From: Actinomycetales bacterium
GTDB taxonomy: Bacteria; Actinomycetota; Actinomycetes; Actinomycetales; Dermatophilaceae
Reading direction: 5' to 3'
Assembly: GCA_038236535.1 (NCBI GenBank)
Contig: JBBRZQ010000005.1
Coordinates: forward strand, 1,268-65,267
Length of the DNA: 64,000 bases
This document shows positions 28,407 through 39,093 of this stretch, in pieces. The position numbers and the translations under genes were made by a program. Under the pieces are notes generated by a model, which saw nothing but the letters and a program-made list of their open reading frames with translations, was not told the origin of the DNA and searched no databases. The first letter of the stretch is position 1; each line of letters opens with the position of its first letter.

Positions 28407-29162
28407 ATGACCTCACTCGAACTGCGTCATGACGGCCGCGGCCCTGCAGAGCTTCGCGACATCGTGATCACCCGTAACTGGCTCGACCACGCCGAGGGCA
28501 GCGTCCTGGTGGAGTTCGGCCGGACCCGTGTGCTCTGCGTCGCGTCGTTCACCCCCGGAGTGCCGCGCTGGCGCAAGGGCAGCGGTGAGGGCTGGGTCAC
28601 CGCGGAGTACGCCATGCTGCCAAGGGCGACCAACACCCGCTCGGACCGCGAGTCGGTCAAGGGCAAGATCGGCGGCCGTACCCACGAGATCTCCCGGCTG
28701 GTCGGCCGCAGCCTGCGCGCCGTGATCGACACGAAGGCGCTGGGGGAGAACACCATCGTGCTGGACTGTGACGTGCTGCAGGCCGACGGAGGCACCCGTA
28801 CGGCCGCGATCACCGGCGCCTATGTCGCCCTCGCCGACGCCATCGAGACCGGTCGTCGCACCGGTGCCATCGGCAAGAATGCCAGGCCGCTCAAGGGGTC
28901 GGTCGCAGCGGTCAGTGTCGGCGTGGTCAAGGGCGTGCCGCTGCTCGACCTGGACTACCCCGAGGACTCCACCGCTGACACGGACATGAACGTGGTGCTG
29001 ACCGGGACAGGCGCTTTCGTCGAGATTCAGGGCACTGCCGAGACCGAGCCGTTCGACCGGGCCGAGCTCAACGCCCTGCTCGACCTGGCCACAGCCGGTT
29101 GTGCCGAGCTGACGCGACGGCAGCAGGCGGCGCTCTCGGAGATCGCGAGGGTCAGGGCGTGA
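28407..29162 (+). CDS. rph: ribonuclease PH
   Basis: GR...ELR......N....[14 protein letters not shown] and [24 protein letters not shown]. Confidence 0.95.
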   Translation: MTSLELRHDGRGPAELRDIVITRNWLDHAEGSVLVEFGRTRVLCVASFTPGVPRWRKGSGEGWVTAEYAMLPRATNTRSDRESVKGKIGGRTHEISRLVGRSLRAVIDTKALGENTIVLDCDVLQADGGTRTAAITGAYVALADAIETGRRTGAIGKNARPLKGSVAAVSVGVVKGVPLLDLDYPEDSTADTDMNVVLTGTGAFVEIQGTAETEPFDRAELNALLDLATAGCAELTRRQQAALSEIARVRA

Positions 29163-29773
29163 GGCGGGTCGTCCTGGCCACCCGCAACGGCCACAAGGTT
29201 CGTGAGCTCCGCACGATCCTGGCAGACCTCATCGAGGAGCTCGACCTCGAGATTGTCGGCCTGGGCGAGTTCCCCGACGTCCCCGACGTGGTCGAGACAG
29301 GTGTCACGTTCGCCCAGAACGCCACGCTCAAGGCTGTTGCCGCGGCAAGGGCAACGGGCCTGCCGGCGCTCGCCGACGACTCCGGCCTGGCCGTGAACGT
29401 CCTGGGTGGAATGCCGGGGGTGTTCAGCGCCCGCTGGGCCGGCACCCATGGGCAGGACCGGGCCAACCTCGAGATGCTCCTGGGCCAGCTCACCGATGTC
29501 CCCGATGAGCTGCGCTCAGCGGCCTTCGTCTGCGTCGCGGCGCTGGCGTTGCCGGACGGCGACGTGGTGCTTCGCCGGGGCCGGATGCCGGGCATGCTGG
29601 CCCGGGAGCCGCGCGGGGACAACGGCTTCGGCTACGACCCGATCCTCGTGGTCGATGGCGACACCCGGACCGCGGCCGAGCTGACCTTCGAGGAGAAGAA
29701 CGCGATCTCGCACCGTGGCGAGGCCTTTCGGGCGCTCGCGGCTGACCTGCGGGAGATCTTCGCCGACAGCTAG
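29159..29773 (+). CDS. rdgB: XTP/dITP diphosphatase (non-canonical purine NTP pyrophosphatase)
   Basis: Contains [31 protein letters not shown] and SHRG. GTGA overlap with rph. Confidence 0.9.
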   Translation: MRRVVLATRNGHKVRELRTILADLIEELDLEIVGLGEFPDVPDVVETGVTFAQNATLKAVAAARATGLPALADDSGLAVNVLGGMPGVFSARWAGTHGQDRANLEMLLGQLTDVPDELRSAAFVCVAALALPDGDVVLRRGRMPGMLAREPRGDNGFGYDPILVVDGDTRTAAELTFEEKNAISHRGEAFRALAADLREIFADS

Positions 29774-29814
29774 CGTCACCCGCGGCACAGGCCCGCCGGC
29801 TACCCCTGGCCACC

Positions 29815-31359
29815 ATGGCATGTAAGGCTTGCCTAATGAAAAGATCATGGGCAGCCTCAGCCGGCGTCGTGGCCGGTGTCTTCACGGTGGGGGTCGCGAC
29901 CCTGCTGGCTTCCCTGATGGCAGGGGCGGGGTTCGCGTCCGGCACTCCCTCGCCGCTGGTCGCGGTCGGTGACGCCTTCGTGGACCGCACGCCGCCGTGG
30001 CTGAAGAACTTCGCGATCCAGACCTTCGGGACCCATGACAAGATGGCCCTCTTTGTGGGGATGGCGCTGTTTCTCGTCGCGGTCTGCGCGGTCATCGGCA
30101 TCGTCGGGGCCCGGCGGCCCACTGCCGGGATGGTGGCGTTCGGGTTCTTCGGCGCCGTCGGCCTGCTGGCGGTTGCCACTCGTCCCCATGCCGGCACCCT
30201 TGACCTCCTGCCCACCCTGATCGGCACTGCGGCTGGTCTGTGGGCGCTGTCCTTCCTGTGGGGGCGCGGAGCTCAGGGAGCCGGGGGGGCCGCGGTCGAC
30301 AGACGCCGGTTCCTGCTGGGGGGAGCATGGCTCACCGTCGCGGGGGTCACCGCGGCCGCGCTGGGCCAGTCCCTGGGCCAAGGCGCCCGGCAGGCTGTCA
30401 AGTCCCGTTCCGCCCTCCGCCTGCCCAGGGCGGCCAAGCCTGTGGTGATCCCTGCCGAGGCGCAGCTGCCGGTCGGCGGAATCACGCCGTACATCATGCC
30501 CAACGCGGACTTCTACCGGATCGACACCGCGCTGGTGGTGCCACAGCTGGACCCGGCTGGCTGGTCGCTGAAGGTGCATGGCCTGGTTGAGCGCGAGGTC
30601 ACCCTCGACTGGGCGACCCTGCTGGGCAAGCCGATGCAGGAGTCGCTGGTCACCCTGATGTGTGTCTCGAACGAGGTGGGCGGCAACCTGACCGGCAACG
30701 CCGTCTGGACCGGCTGGCCGGTGCGTGAGCTGCTCAGGATGGCCGGGCCCAGACCGGGCGCCGACATGGTGCTGTCGACCAGCAGCGACGGGTGGACCGC
30801 CGGTACGCCGCTGTCGGTGCTGACCGATGATCGCAACGCCCTGCTGGCGATTGCCATGAACGGGCAGCCGCTGCCGTTCGAGCACGGGTTCCCGGTGCGG
30901 ATGGTGGTCCCGGGGCTGTATGGCTACGTGTCGGCGACCAAGTGGGTGACCGACCTGAAGGTGACCACCTTTGCCGATGACGAGGGCTACTGGACTCCCC
31001 GCGGCTGGTCGGCGCGTGGCCCGGTCAAGACAGAGTCCCGGATCGACGTTCCACGCTCAGGTGATCGGGTCGGCGCGGGGAAGGTCGCCGTGGCGGGGAT
31101 CGCGTGGGCGCAGCATCGCGGGATAACGAGGGTCGAGGTGCGGGTCGACGACGGGCCCTGGCAGACGGCCCGGCTGGCCGCGGAGCCCTCGATCGACTCG
31201 TGGCGTCAGTGGGTGCTGCCCTGGCAGGCCGTGAAGGGAAACCACACGATCACGGTGCGGGCCACCGACTCCGAGGGCGTCGTGCAGACGCAGGCCGAGG
31301 CGCCACCCCCGCCGGATGGTGCCACCGGCTGGCACTCCATCACCGTCAACGTCGACTGA
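29815..31359 (+). CDS. molybdopterin-dependent oxidoreductase (sulfite oxidase family) with N-terminal membrane domain
   Basis: Five or six N-terminal hydrophobic helices, then a Moco domain with the conserved Cys (LMCVSNEVGG) and FPVRMVVPG.YG. Alternative start at 29836. Confidence 0.8.
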   Translation: MACKACLMKRSWAASAGVVAGVFTVGVATLLASLMAGAGFASGTPSPLVAVGDAFVDRTPPWLKNFAIQTFGTHDKMALFVGMALFLVAVCAVIGIVGARRPTAGMVAFGFFGAVGLLAVATRPHAGTLDLLPTLIGTAAGLWALSFLWGRGAQGAGGAAVDRRRFLLGGAWLTVAGVTAAALGQSLGQGARQAVKSRSALRLPRAAKPVVIPAEAQLPVGGITPYIMPNADFYRIDTALVVPQLDPAGWSLKVHGLVEREVTLDWATLLGKPMQESLVTLMCVSNEVGGNLTGNAVWTGWPVRELLRMAGPRPGADMVLSTSSDGWTAGTPLSVLTDDRNALLAIAMNGQPLPFEHGFPVRMVVPGLYGYVSATKWVTDLKVTTFADDEGYWTPRGWSARGPVKTESRIDVPRSGDRVGAGKVAVAGIAWAQHRGITRVEVRVDDGPWQTARLAAEPSIDSWRQWVLPWQAVKGNHTITVRATDSEGVVQTQAEAPPPPDGATGWHSITVNVD

Positions 31360-31374
31360 CCACCCGGACGTAGG

Positions 31375-31710
31375 CTAGGCGGTCGCCTTGGCTTGCCTGG
31401 CCGCCGCGTCAGCGGCGTCCGCGAGGTCGAGCAGCCGGGACAGCATCCGGCGGTCCATCTCGGTCCGCGGCGTCTTCGGATCCTCGTTCTCCCGGATCAG
31501 CACGGCGAGGGCATCGAGGATGTGGTTGATCTGGTAGCCGTAGCTGCCCACGCTGTCGACAACCTTCTGCTCGATCTCGGCATCGGCGATGTTGGCGTTA
31601 CCGAAGACGATTGTCGGGCTGATGAAGCGGCGCCAGTCCGTCACCGGGAAGAAGGTGAAGGCGAAGTTCTTGAGCAGGTTGTTGTTGAAGATGGCTGGCG
31701 TTGTGCTCAT
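31375..31710 (-). CDS. hypothetical protein (111 aa, no recognisable family)
   Basis: ATG 6 nt after GGAGG. Codon third positions are GC-rich in the distal part. I recognised no motif. Confidence 0.6.
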   Translation of the reverse strand: MSTTPAIFNNNLLKNFAFTFFPVTDWRRFISPTIVFGNANIADAEIEQKVVDSVGSYGYQINHILDALAVLIRENEDPKTPRTEMDRRMLSRLLDLADAADAAARQAKATA

Positions 31711-31950
31711 GAAGACCTCCGGTGACCGCGGGCGTCAGCTGGTGAGTGCGTGCCGCCAGTCTGACCGGCTTCCACAGGCTTGTCCTGCCCAAAGCCGCTG
31801 GTGTCAGGCACCTTCGGCCTGTCGGCCCAGGTAGCGATCGCAGCGACAGTGGCGCCGTCCGTCGCAGTGGCCGGGTCCGTCGCCAGCGGGATTTCAGCCA
31901 GGAGGCAGCGCAACAGATAGGTCCCGGGGGGGAACTGGTCGCCCGGGCGC

Positions 31951-32433
31951 TCAGGCGTCGAGGTCGCGGACCTGACCGCGGCCGGACTTGGTAGAGCCGC
32001 GCTGCTTCTTGGCCTCCAGCCGGCGCCGCTGTGAGCCCCGGGTCGGCCTGGTGGCCCGCCGCGGCGGGGGAGGCGGCAGCAGAGCCTGCCTCAGTGCCTC
32101 GGCCAGCCGGTTGCGCGCGGCGACCCGGTTCTGACGCTGGGACCGGTGCTCGGAGGCGAAGATGATGAGCTCGCCGGACACCAGACGGTCGTCCAGCGCC
32201 GACTCCACCCTCCGGCGCTGGGTCTCCGGGAGCCGGGCCAGGGCCGGCGACCCGAGGACCGCCCAGCGCAGCTCGACCCGGCTGTCGGTGGTATTGACGC
32301 CCTGGCCACCCGGCCCGGACGACCGCGAGAACCGCTCGACCAGCTCTGAAGCGGGCAAGGCGAACCCGGAGCGAAAGCCCGGGCCCGGCGCGAGCACCAG
32401 GTCACCGCCCGGCTCATAGCTGTTTGTTGCCAT
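31951..32433 (-). CDS. arfB: alternative ribosome rescue factor ArfB (peptidyl-tRNA hydrolase, GGQ)
   Basis: SGPGGQGVNTTDSRVEL is a GGQ motif. Basic C-terminal tail (RRATRPTRGSQRRRLEAKKQRG). Confidence 0.9.
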   Translation of the reverse strand: MATNSYEPGGDLVLAPGPGFRSGFALPASELVERFSRSSGPGGQGVNTTDSRVELRWAVLGSPALARLPETQRRRVESALDDRLVSGELIIFASEHRSQRQNRVAARNRLAEALRQALLPPPPPRRATRPTRGSQRRRLEAKKQRGSTKSGRGQVRDLDA

Positions 32434-32445
32434 TCGTCAATTTTA

Positions 32446-32523
32446 TGGTGCGGCCGATGAGATTCGAACTCACACTGTCAGGTACCTAAAACCTGTGCCT
32501 CCTGCCAATTGGGCTACGGCCGC
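32446..32523 (-). tRNA. tRNA, anticodon UAG (nominally Leu), class I shape (5-nt variable loop), CCA encoded
   Basis: Manual cloverleaf: acceptor GCGGCCG/CGGCCGC; U8 A9; D arm GCC-CAAUUGGCAGGA-GGC; anticodon arm CAGGU-UUUAGGU-ACCUG; variable ACAGU; T arm GUGAG-UUCGAAU-CUCAU; A73; CCA. Confidence 0.8.
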
Positions 32524-32568
32524 TCAACCGCCATCATATGGTTGCCGCGGGGCCGGTCCGTTCCCGAG

Positions 32569-33036
32569 TCAGCCCAGCCCCAGCGCCTTGCTCAGGGAGG
32601 CGACGTGACCGGTGGCCTTGATGTTGTACCTGGGCAACGCCACGGTGCCGTCGGGGGCGACGACGATCGTCGAGCGGATCACGCCGGTGACCTTCTTGCC
32701 GTAGAGCGTCTTCTCCCCGTAGGCCCCGTAGGCGTCCATGACCTCCCGGTCGCTGTCCGAGAGCAGCGGGTAGGTCAGGGATTCCTTCTCAACGAACCGG
32801 GCCAGCTTCTCCGGCTTGTCGGGGCTGATGCCGACCACGTCATACCCGGCCTGCTGCAGTCGGGCAAGCGAGTCGCGGAAGTCGCACGCCTCCTTGGTGC
32901 AGCCCGGGGTCATCGCGGCGGGGTAGAAGAAGATGATCAGGTGGCGGCCGGCGAAGTCGCTCAGTGACACCTGCTTGCCGGTCTGGTCGGTGAGGGTGAA
33001 GGCCGGGGCCGGCTGGCCGGTTTCGAGGCGGGGCAT
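32569..33036 (-). CDS. bcp: thioredoxin-dependent thiol peroxidase (Bcp, atypical 2-Cys peroxiredoxin)
   Basis: FYPAAMTPGCTKEAC active-site motif. Uses the inner ATG (MPRLETGQPAP) after GAAAGG. Confidence 0.9.
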   Translation of the reverse strand: MPRLETGQPAPAFTLTDQTGKQVSLSDFAGRHLIIFFYPAAMTPGCTKEACDFRDSLARLQQAGYDVVGISPDKPEKLARFVEKESLTYPLLSDSDREVMDAYGAYGEKTLYGKKVTGVIRSTIVVAPDGTVALPRYNIKATGHVASLSKALGLG

Positions 33037-33138
33037 GGGGGCCTTTCGGATGGCTGAAGGGCTTCGCTCGCCCTGATGTGTGATCTCTGTCTGCGTTATG
33101 GTCGCTGTAGATACCTCAGAGCACAAGGAGCCACCGAT

Positions 33139-33582
33139 ATGGCCAACCAGACCAGCCCCTCACCTGACGCGCCATCACGGGCCACGACCCCGTCGGCCAC
33201 CACCTCTCCGGCCAGCACGTCTCCGGGCACCAAGGCGTCGCCGAAGAGGACGTCGTCGAAGGCCAAGGCGCAGAAGGCCGCTGAGCAGAAGGCCGCTGAG
33301 CAGAAGACTGCAGTGCCGCCGGCCCTGTCGCCGGACCAGATCGAGGCCCAGATCGCGCAGACGCGCGCCCATCTGGCCAGCACCATCGACGAGCTGGCCG
33401 TGCGTGCCCAGCCTGGTGAGATCGTGCGCAGACAGAAGGAGTCGGCCAGGGCAAAGCTGGTCGAGGCCACGCACACCCCCGAGGGCGACCTGCGGGTGGA
33501 ACGCCTCGGTGCGATTGCTGCGGCAGGGGCGGTCGTACTGATCGTGCTGGCCCTTCTGCACCGTCGTCATCACGATGGCTGA
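33139..33582 (+). CDS. DUF3618 domain-containing protein
   Basis: ATG 8 nt after AAGGAG. Ser/Thr/Pro/Ala-rich N terminus, then IEAQIAQTRAHLASTIDEL and a C-terminal TM helix. Confidence 0.65.
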   Translation: MANQTSPSPDAPSRATTPSATTSPASTSPGTKASPKRTSSKAKAQKAAEQKAAEQKTAVPPALSPDQIEAQIAQTRAHLASTIDELAVRAQPGEIVRRQKESARAKLVEATHTPEGDLRVERLGAIAAAGAVVLIVLALLHRRHHDG

Positions 33583-33919
33583 GAGGTCAGCCGCGGGCGC
33601 CCAGGCTCGGCTGCCCATCCAGATGTTGCACGACCGGGTGCTCGCCGCCACCGACGGCGAGGACAGCGAACGCCAGACCGGTGCCGGCCTGGTGATCCCG
33701 GCGACGGCCAGCCTCGGCAAGCGCCTGACGTGGGCCAAGGTCGTCGCCGTCGGCCGGAACGCCCGTCAGATCGAGATCGGCGACCGCGTGCTCTTCGACC
33801 CCGAGGACCGGCGCGAGGTCGAGCTCAAGGGCAAGGCGTACGTCCTGCTGCGCGAGCGCGACATCCATGCGGTGGCCGCGCCGCGCGTCAAGGTGGAGAA
33901 TACCGGGCTCTATCTCTGA
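33575..33919 (+). CDS. GroES (Cpn10) family co-chaperone-like protein
   Basis: LHDRVL...E..T..GLVIP......K...AKVVAVG......I..GDRVLF is Cpn10-like. 8-nt overlap with the upstream gene. Confidence 0.7.
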   Translation: MAERSAAGAQARLPIQMLHDRVLAATDGEDSERQTGAGLVIPATASLGKRLTWAKVVAVGRNARQIEIGDRVLFDPEDRREVELKGKAYVLLRERDIHAVAAPRVKVENTGLYL

Positions 33920-33929
33920 TCCGGTCCGG

Positions 33930-35117
<1,188 letters not shown>

Positions 35118-35150
35118 CGGGTGTCTCTCTTCGTCGGTCGTGGCTGGTGA

Positions 35151-35234
35151 GTAGTGATCTGCGAGTAGTGATCTGCGAGTAGTGATCTGCGAGTAGTGAT
35201 CTGCGAGTAGTGATCTGCGAGTCGTGCCGTGCGA
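35151..35234. repeat. 14-bp tandem repeat array (gtagtgatctgcga), 5 perfect + 1 degenerate unit
   Basis: Direct reading of the tdh-kbl spacer. The unit length is not a multiple of 3. Confidence 0.95.
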
Positions 35235-35300
35235 GCTGCCTTGCTGCCCCGGTGGTCGGGGACGATGACCCGCCGTGGCTGCTCCGCAAGGGGAGCTGCC

Positions 35301-36338
35301 TCAGCTCCAGTCGAGGACGACCTTGCCGCACTGGCCCGACCGGGCCGCGGCGAAGGCCTCCGGCCACTGCTCGGCCGGGAAGCGGTGGGTGATCACCGAG
35401 CGCACGGCCTCGCGCAGCACCGGCGAGGTCGCCAGCATCGCGCTCATCGCGTACCAGGTGTCGTACATCTCGCGTCCGTAGATGCCCTTGATGGTGATCA
35501 TGTGGGTGATCACCTTGCCCCAGTCAATGGCGTACCGGTCCTTGGGCAGCCCGAGCATCGCCACCCGGGCGCCGTGGTTGAGGTTGTCGATCATCTCCTC
35601 CACCGCCAGCGGGCTGCCGGACATCTCCAGCCCGATGTCGAAGCCCTCGCGCATGCCGAGCGCCCGCTGGGCCTGAGCCACCGTCGTCTTGGCGACGTTG
35701 ACGGTCAGGTCCGCGCCGGCGGCCTTGGCCAGGTCGAGCCGGTAGTCGGAGACGTCGGTGACCACGACATACCGTGCTCCCACGTGCCGGGCGATGGCGG
35801 CGGCCATGATGCCGATCGGGCCGGCCCCGGTGACCAGGACGTCCTCGCCGGCCAGCGGGAAGGACAGGGTGGTGTGCACCGCGTTGCCCATCGGGTCGAA
35901 CACGGCGCCCAGGTCGGGGTCCAGGTCGTCCGGCTGCACCCAGACGTTGCCGGCCGGGATGACCACGAAGTCGGCGAAGGCCCCGTCCCGGTTCACCCCC
36001 ACGCTCGAGGTCCGGATGCACAGCTGACGCCGGCCGGCCCGGCAGTTGCGGCAGACCCCGCAGACCACGTGCCCCTCGCCGGAAGCCTTCTGGCCGACCT
36101 TCACCGAGGTGACGTCCTGGCCGATCTCGACGACCTCGCCGAAGAACTCATGGCCGATCACCAATGGCGGTTTGACCACCGAGGCCGCCCAGTCGTCCCA
36201 CTGCTCGAGGTGCAGGTCGGTGCCGCACAGCCCGGCCCGCTGCACCCGGATCTTCACGTCATCAGGGCCGACCACCGGCTCGGGACGTTCCATCAGCTTG
36301 AGTCCGGGACCTGCGGTGGGCTTCACCAGTGCTCTCAT
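35301..36338 (-). CDS. tdh: L-threonine 3-dehydrogenase
   Basis: Uses the inner ATG (MRALVK...). Zinc-ADH motifs [12 protein letters not shown] and [24 protein letters not shown] fold. Confidence 0.9.
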   Translation of the reverse strand: MRALVKPTAGPGLKLMERPEPVVGPDDVKIRVQRAGLCGTDLHLEQWDDWAASVVKPPLVIGHEFFGEVVEIGQDVTSVKVGQKASGEGHVVCGVCRNCRAGRRQLCIRTSSVGVNRDGAFADFVVIPAGNVWVQPDDLDPDLGAVFDPMGNAVHTTLSFPLAGEDVLVTGAGPIGIMAAAIARHVGARYVVVTDVSDYRLDLAKAAGADLTVNVAKTTVAQAQRALGMREGFDIGLEMSGSPLAVEEMIDNLNHGARVAMLGLPKDRYAIDWGKVITHMITIKGIYGREMYDTWYAMSAMLATSPVLREAVRSVITHRFPAEQWPEAFAAARSGQCGKVVLDWS

Positions 36339-36372
36339 GGGCCGATCATCCCAGAGGCCCGATCCAGGGGTG

Positions 36373-36570
36373 CTACCGCTCCGGCCCAGGCGCGGGCTCG
36401 CGGCTCGGCCGGCCGCAGGCACGCCCGGACGCGAAGCCGCCGACGAGGTCGGTGGGCCGGTGAATACCCAGTCGCAGCAGAACATCTGCGGCCAGCGATG
36501 ATGCGTAGCCCTCCTGACGGATCAGGATCACCGGCAACCCCAGGCCGGCGATCGGCAGGCCGGAGGGGTG
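36373..36570 (-). pseudogene. possible rhodanese-domain remnant lacking the catalytic Cys
   Basis: [40 protein letters not shown] resembles the rhodanese C-terminal half (..VVICRSGNRS..AA..L...G......L.GGF..W). Cys is replaced by Arg, and there is no N-terminal half or credible start. Confidence 0.35.
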
Positions 36571-36577
36571 CCCGGCG

Positions 36578-37354
36578 CTAGCGGTCTGGCGGCGGCAGGG
36601 TGACGCCGAAGCCGGCGACGGCCAGCCGCAGGATGACCTGACCCGGCTGGAGCAGGTCGGTGATCTTTGCCGCGCTGAGCACCTCGAGCTCGGCCAGCCG
36701 GGCGGCATACTCCTCCGTCCCGGCGACTCGTGAGGCCTGCAGCTCGAGGGTGTTGTGCCAGACCTTCTGGCGTGCCTCGCGCAGGAACCGCTTGGAACCG
36801 AGCTGGTTCAGGGGGGTCAGCACCTTGTCGAGCAGGGTCGCGCCCCCGCTGGCGGTCAGCTCGTCGTCCTCCGCGGACACCCGTGAGGCCAGGACCCGGT
36901 CGATCCGCTCGTGGTCGCGGCGCCGGCGGTCCATCAGCAGGCGGCTGGCGAAGTCGTCGTCGCTGATCACGGCCAGCAGCGCCTGGGGCAGGTCGTAGTT
37001 CACGTGCGCGTTGATACCGAGCAGCACGTGCCGCAGCGGGGGCAGGTCGGGCGGGGCGGAGAAAGCCAGCCGCCAGGGGCGCGAGGCTCGCTCGCCGCCC
37101 AGCTCGGCGTCCAGGGCGACCAGGTAGAGCTGGGCGAAGGTGACGTCCCAGCGCTCCACCCAGCCGGGATCCTCGAAGGAGGCCCGGTCGACTGCCTGGC
37201 CCACCGCCAGGGTCGTCCGCTGATAGGTCGCCAGGAACACGCGCAGGTGGCTGAACCGCGCCGGGAGCCGGTCCTGGCGGGTCTGCATGTCGGCCACCAC
37301 GGCGGTGATCGGCGACTCGGAAGACTCGGATGGCTGGTCACCGGGCATCGCCAT
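36578..37354 (-). CDS. DUF5995 family protein
   Basis: LLGINAHVNYDLPQAL and F..FA.LY are typical of the family. The ATG at 37354 has GAGGGAG 7 nt upstream; the ORF is open to 37384. Confidence 0.65.
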   Translation of the reverse strand: MAMPGDQPSESSESPITAVVADMQTRQDRLPARFSHLRVFLATYQRTTLAVGQAVDRASFEDPGWVERWDVTFAQLYLVALDAELGGERASRPWRLAFSAPPDLPPLRHVLLGINAHVNYDLPQALLAVISDDDFASRLLMDRRRRDHERIDRVLASRVSAEDDELTASGGATLLDKVLTPLNQLGSKRFLREARQKVWHNTLELQASRVAGTEEYAARLAELEVLSAAKITDLLQPGQVILRLAVAGFGVTLPPPDR

Positions 37355-37507
37355 GGCTCGCTCCCTCACAGTTGACGTCAGCACCGATTCTCGCTCGCTC
37401 AGGCAGTCTCCGAAAGACCGGGAACGGGCGATATCCGGGATGGCAGGAAGCGCGCCGGCCAGGCCGCCGATTGTCTGGGTATCCGAGCCCTGGGCCTGGA
37501 CCCGTGG

Positions 37508-38020
37508 TCAGATGTGGAGCAGGTTCTTCAGCGCCACCATCGACAGGCCGAAGGCCGCACTGGTCCCGCAGGACATCACCAGCCGCCAGCCGTGCATCCC
37601 GCTGGCCCGTGAGGCGCTCCAGCCGGCCCACACGAGCAGCAGGGTTGCCACGCCCAGAGCGGTGTTGATGGCGGTAGCGACCGACCTGCCCAGAGTGCCC
37701 ATCAGCAACAGCGTCGCCAGCGGGATGAAGGAGGCACTGACCAGCGGCCACCCCTGGCTCAGGATCTGCCGGATGTCGGAGCGGTTGAGGGGCTGCTGGG
37801 TGACTGCATGGTGGGCGAGCGTGTGCGCATAGCTCTCGGCCATCCAGTAGACGACCACGGTGACGAGCACGCTGATCGCGACGAACCACAGCTTGCCGCT
37901 GACCGATGCGGCCGCCAGGGTGGAGGAGCAGACCACGAGGCCGTAGATGGCGGACGCGATCCCCCGCTCATCCGGTTCTGCCTCGATGTCGCGGGAGGCC
38001 CTCGGTCTCGGAGTGTCCAC
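37508..38020 (-). CDS. hypothetical integral membrane protein
   Basis: 170 aa with four or five hydrophobic helices. GTG start. No family recognised. Confidence 0.55.
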   Translation of the reverse strand: MDTPRPRASRDIEAEPDERGIASAIYGLVVCSSTLAAASVSGKLWFVAISVLVTVVVYWMAESYAHTLAHHAVTQQPLNRSDIRQILSQGWPLVSASFIPLATLLLMGTLGRSVATAINTALGVATLLLVWAGWSASRASGMHGWRLVMSCGTSAAFGLSMVALKNLLHI

Positions 38021-38104
38021 CTCGCTGAAACTACTAGATGACCTCCGCTCAGCAGGGTTCTAGGCTGGGGTGGGAACAAATAGCCCTCTGGTCAACCATG
38101 CGGG

Positions 38105-38845
38105 GTGATCGCGATGCTCGACCTGTCCTCCACGTTGTCCGTGCTTCCTGTTGCTCGCGGTCAGGCGCCATGGCCCCGTCACGAGTATGTGAAGGGCTGG
38201 GGCGTTTTCGGCCTGCCCTTCGACTCCGGTCATCTGCTGGCACTTCGCGTCTTCCCGGAGAACGACTTCGGTCCCTACCGCACCCTGTGGCATCGCGACC
38301 CGGGTGGCCGCTGGTCGATCTTCGTGGACGGTGCGCGACTTGATACGGCCTGCCCGCGCTACTACGGCGCTGCTTGTGACCACACAGGGTTTGCCCACAT
38401 CGAGGTCACCTGGACCGGTCCGGCGTCGCTGAGAGTGACGATGGACTCTCCTTCACTTGAGTGGACCCTGACCGCCGAGGCCACCCGGCTCCTGCGTGTG
38501 CTGAACCCCATCAGCGCGGCCCTTCCGCTAGCCACCTGGCGGCCCCGGTTGCTGGTGAAGGCCAGGGAGCGTCTGGTCCGGGGAATGGGGCTCGGGCAGC
38601 TGGAGATGTCCGGAGTCATGCCGAGCGGTCACATCGGAACGCTCATGCCGCAGCAGATGTACTTCATCGACATCTCCGCGGCCACCTTTGACGGCGTCGA
38701 TCTCGGACGCCCCGTGCAGCTGAAGCACAATCCCCGGATCGGTGAGGTCTCGCTGCCCGCTCGGGGCGTGCTTGCCATCGGACAGGCGGCGTGGGAGATC
38801 CGGGACCAGGCCGAATATGAGCGGACCCGCTCCGAGACGGCGTAG
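38105..38845 (+). CDS. hypothetical protein
   Basis: 246-aa ORF with coding-like GC3. No motif recognised. Start is GTG 38105 or ATG 38114. Confidence 0.55.
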   Translation: MIAMLDLSSTLSVLPVARGQAPWPRHEYVKGWGVFGLPFDSGHLLALRVFPENDFGPYRTLWHRDPGGRWSIFVDGARLDTACPRYYGAACDHTGFAHIEVTWTGPASLRVTMDSPSLEWTLTAEATRLLRVLNPISAALPLATWRPRLLVKARERLVRGMGLGQLEMSGVMPSGHIGTLMPQQMYFIDISAATFDGVDLGRPVQLKHNPRIGEVSLPARGVLAIGQAAWEIRDQAEYERTRSETA

Positions 38846-39093
38846 GCGGACCGGATCTCAGCACGTCCCGAAGGCACTGGTGTCGATGTCAGCACCGGGC
38901 AGCACCGTATTCTGAAGCGCCGGGCGAGCACGTGGCCCGGCGGCTGCCCGGCTCCAGATGGCGAGAATTCGCTCGCCGGGGCGGGGCGAATGTGCGTACG
39001 GGTGCCCCACCCGCCAGACTGGTCAGGGATGGTGACTGACCGGCATACCGGTTGGTCGCGTCTATAGCCCCGGGCGGGCGACCAGTTCGCCCC

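Noticed and set aside
38889-39093. Possible structured RNA upstream of yidC. It includes short hairpins such as ggcgag-aattcg-ctcgcc and ctggtcag..ctgaccgg, and a 212-aa antisense ORF at 38889..39527.
   Set aside because: The hairpins are short and of the kind expected by chance in GC-rich DNA. I recognise no known motif. The antisense ORF overlaps the yidC 5' end and has no protein features.
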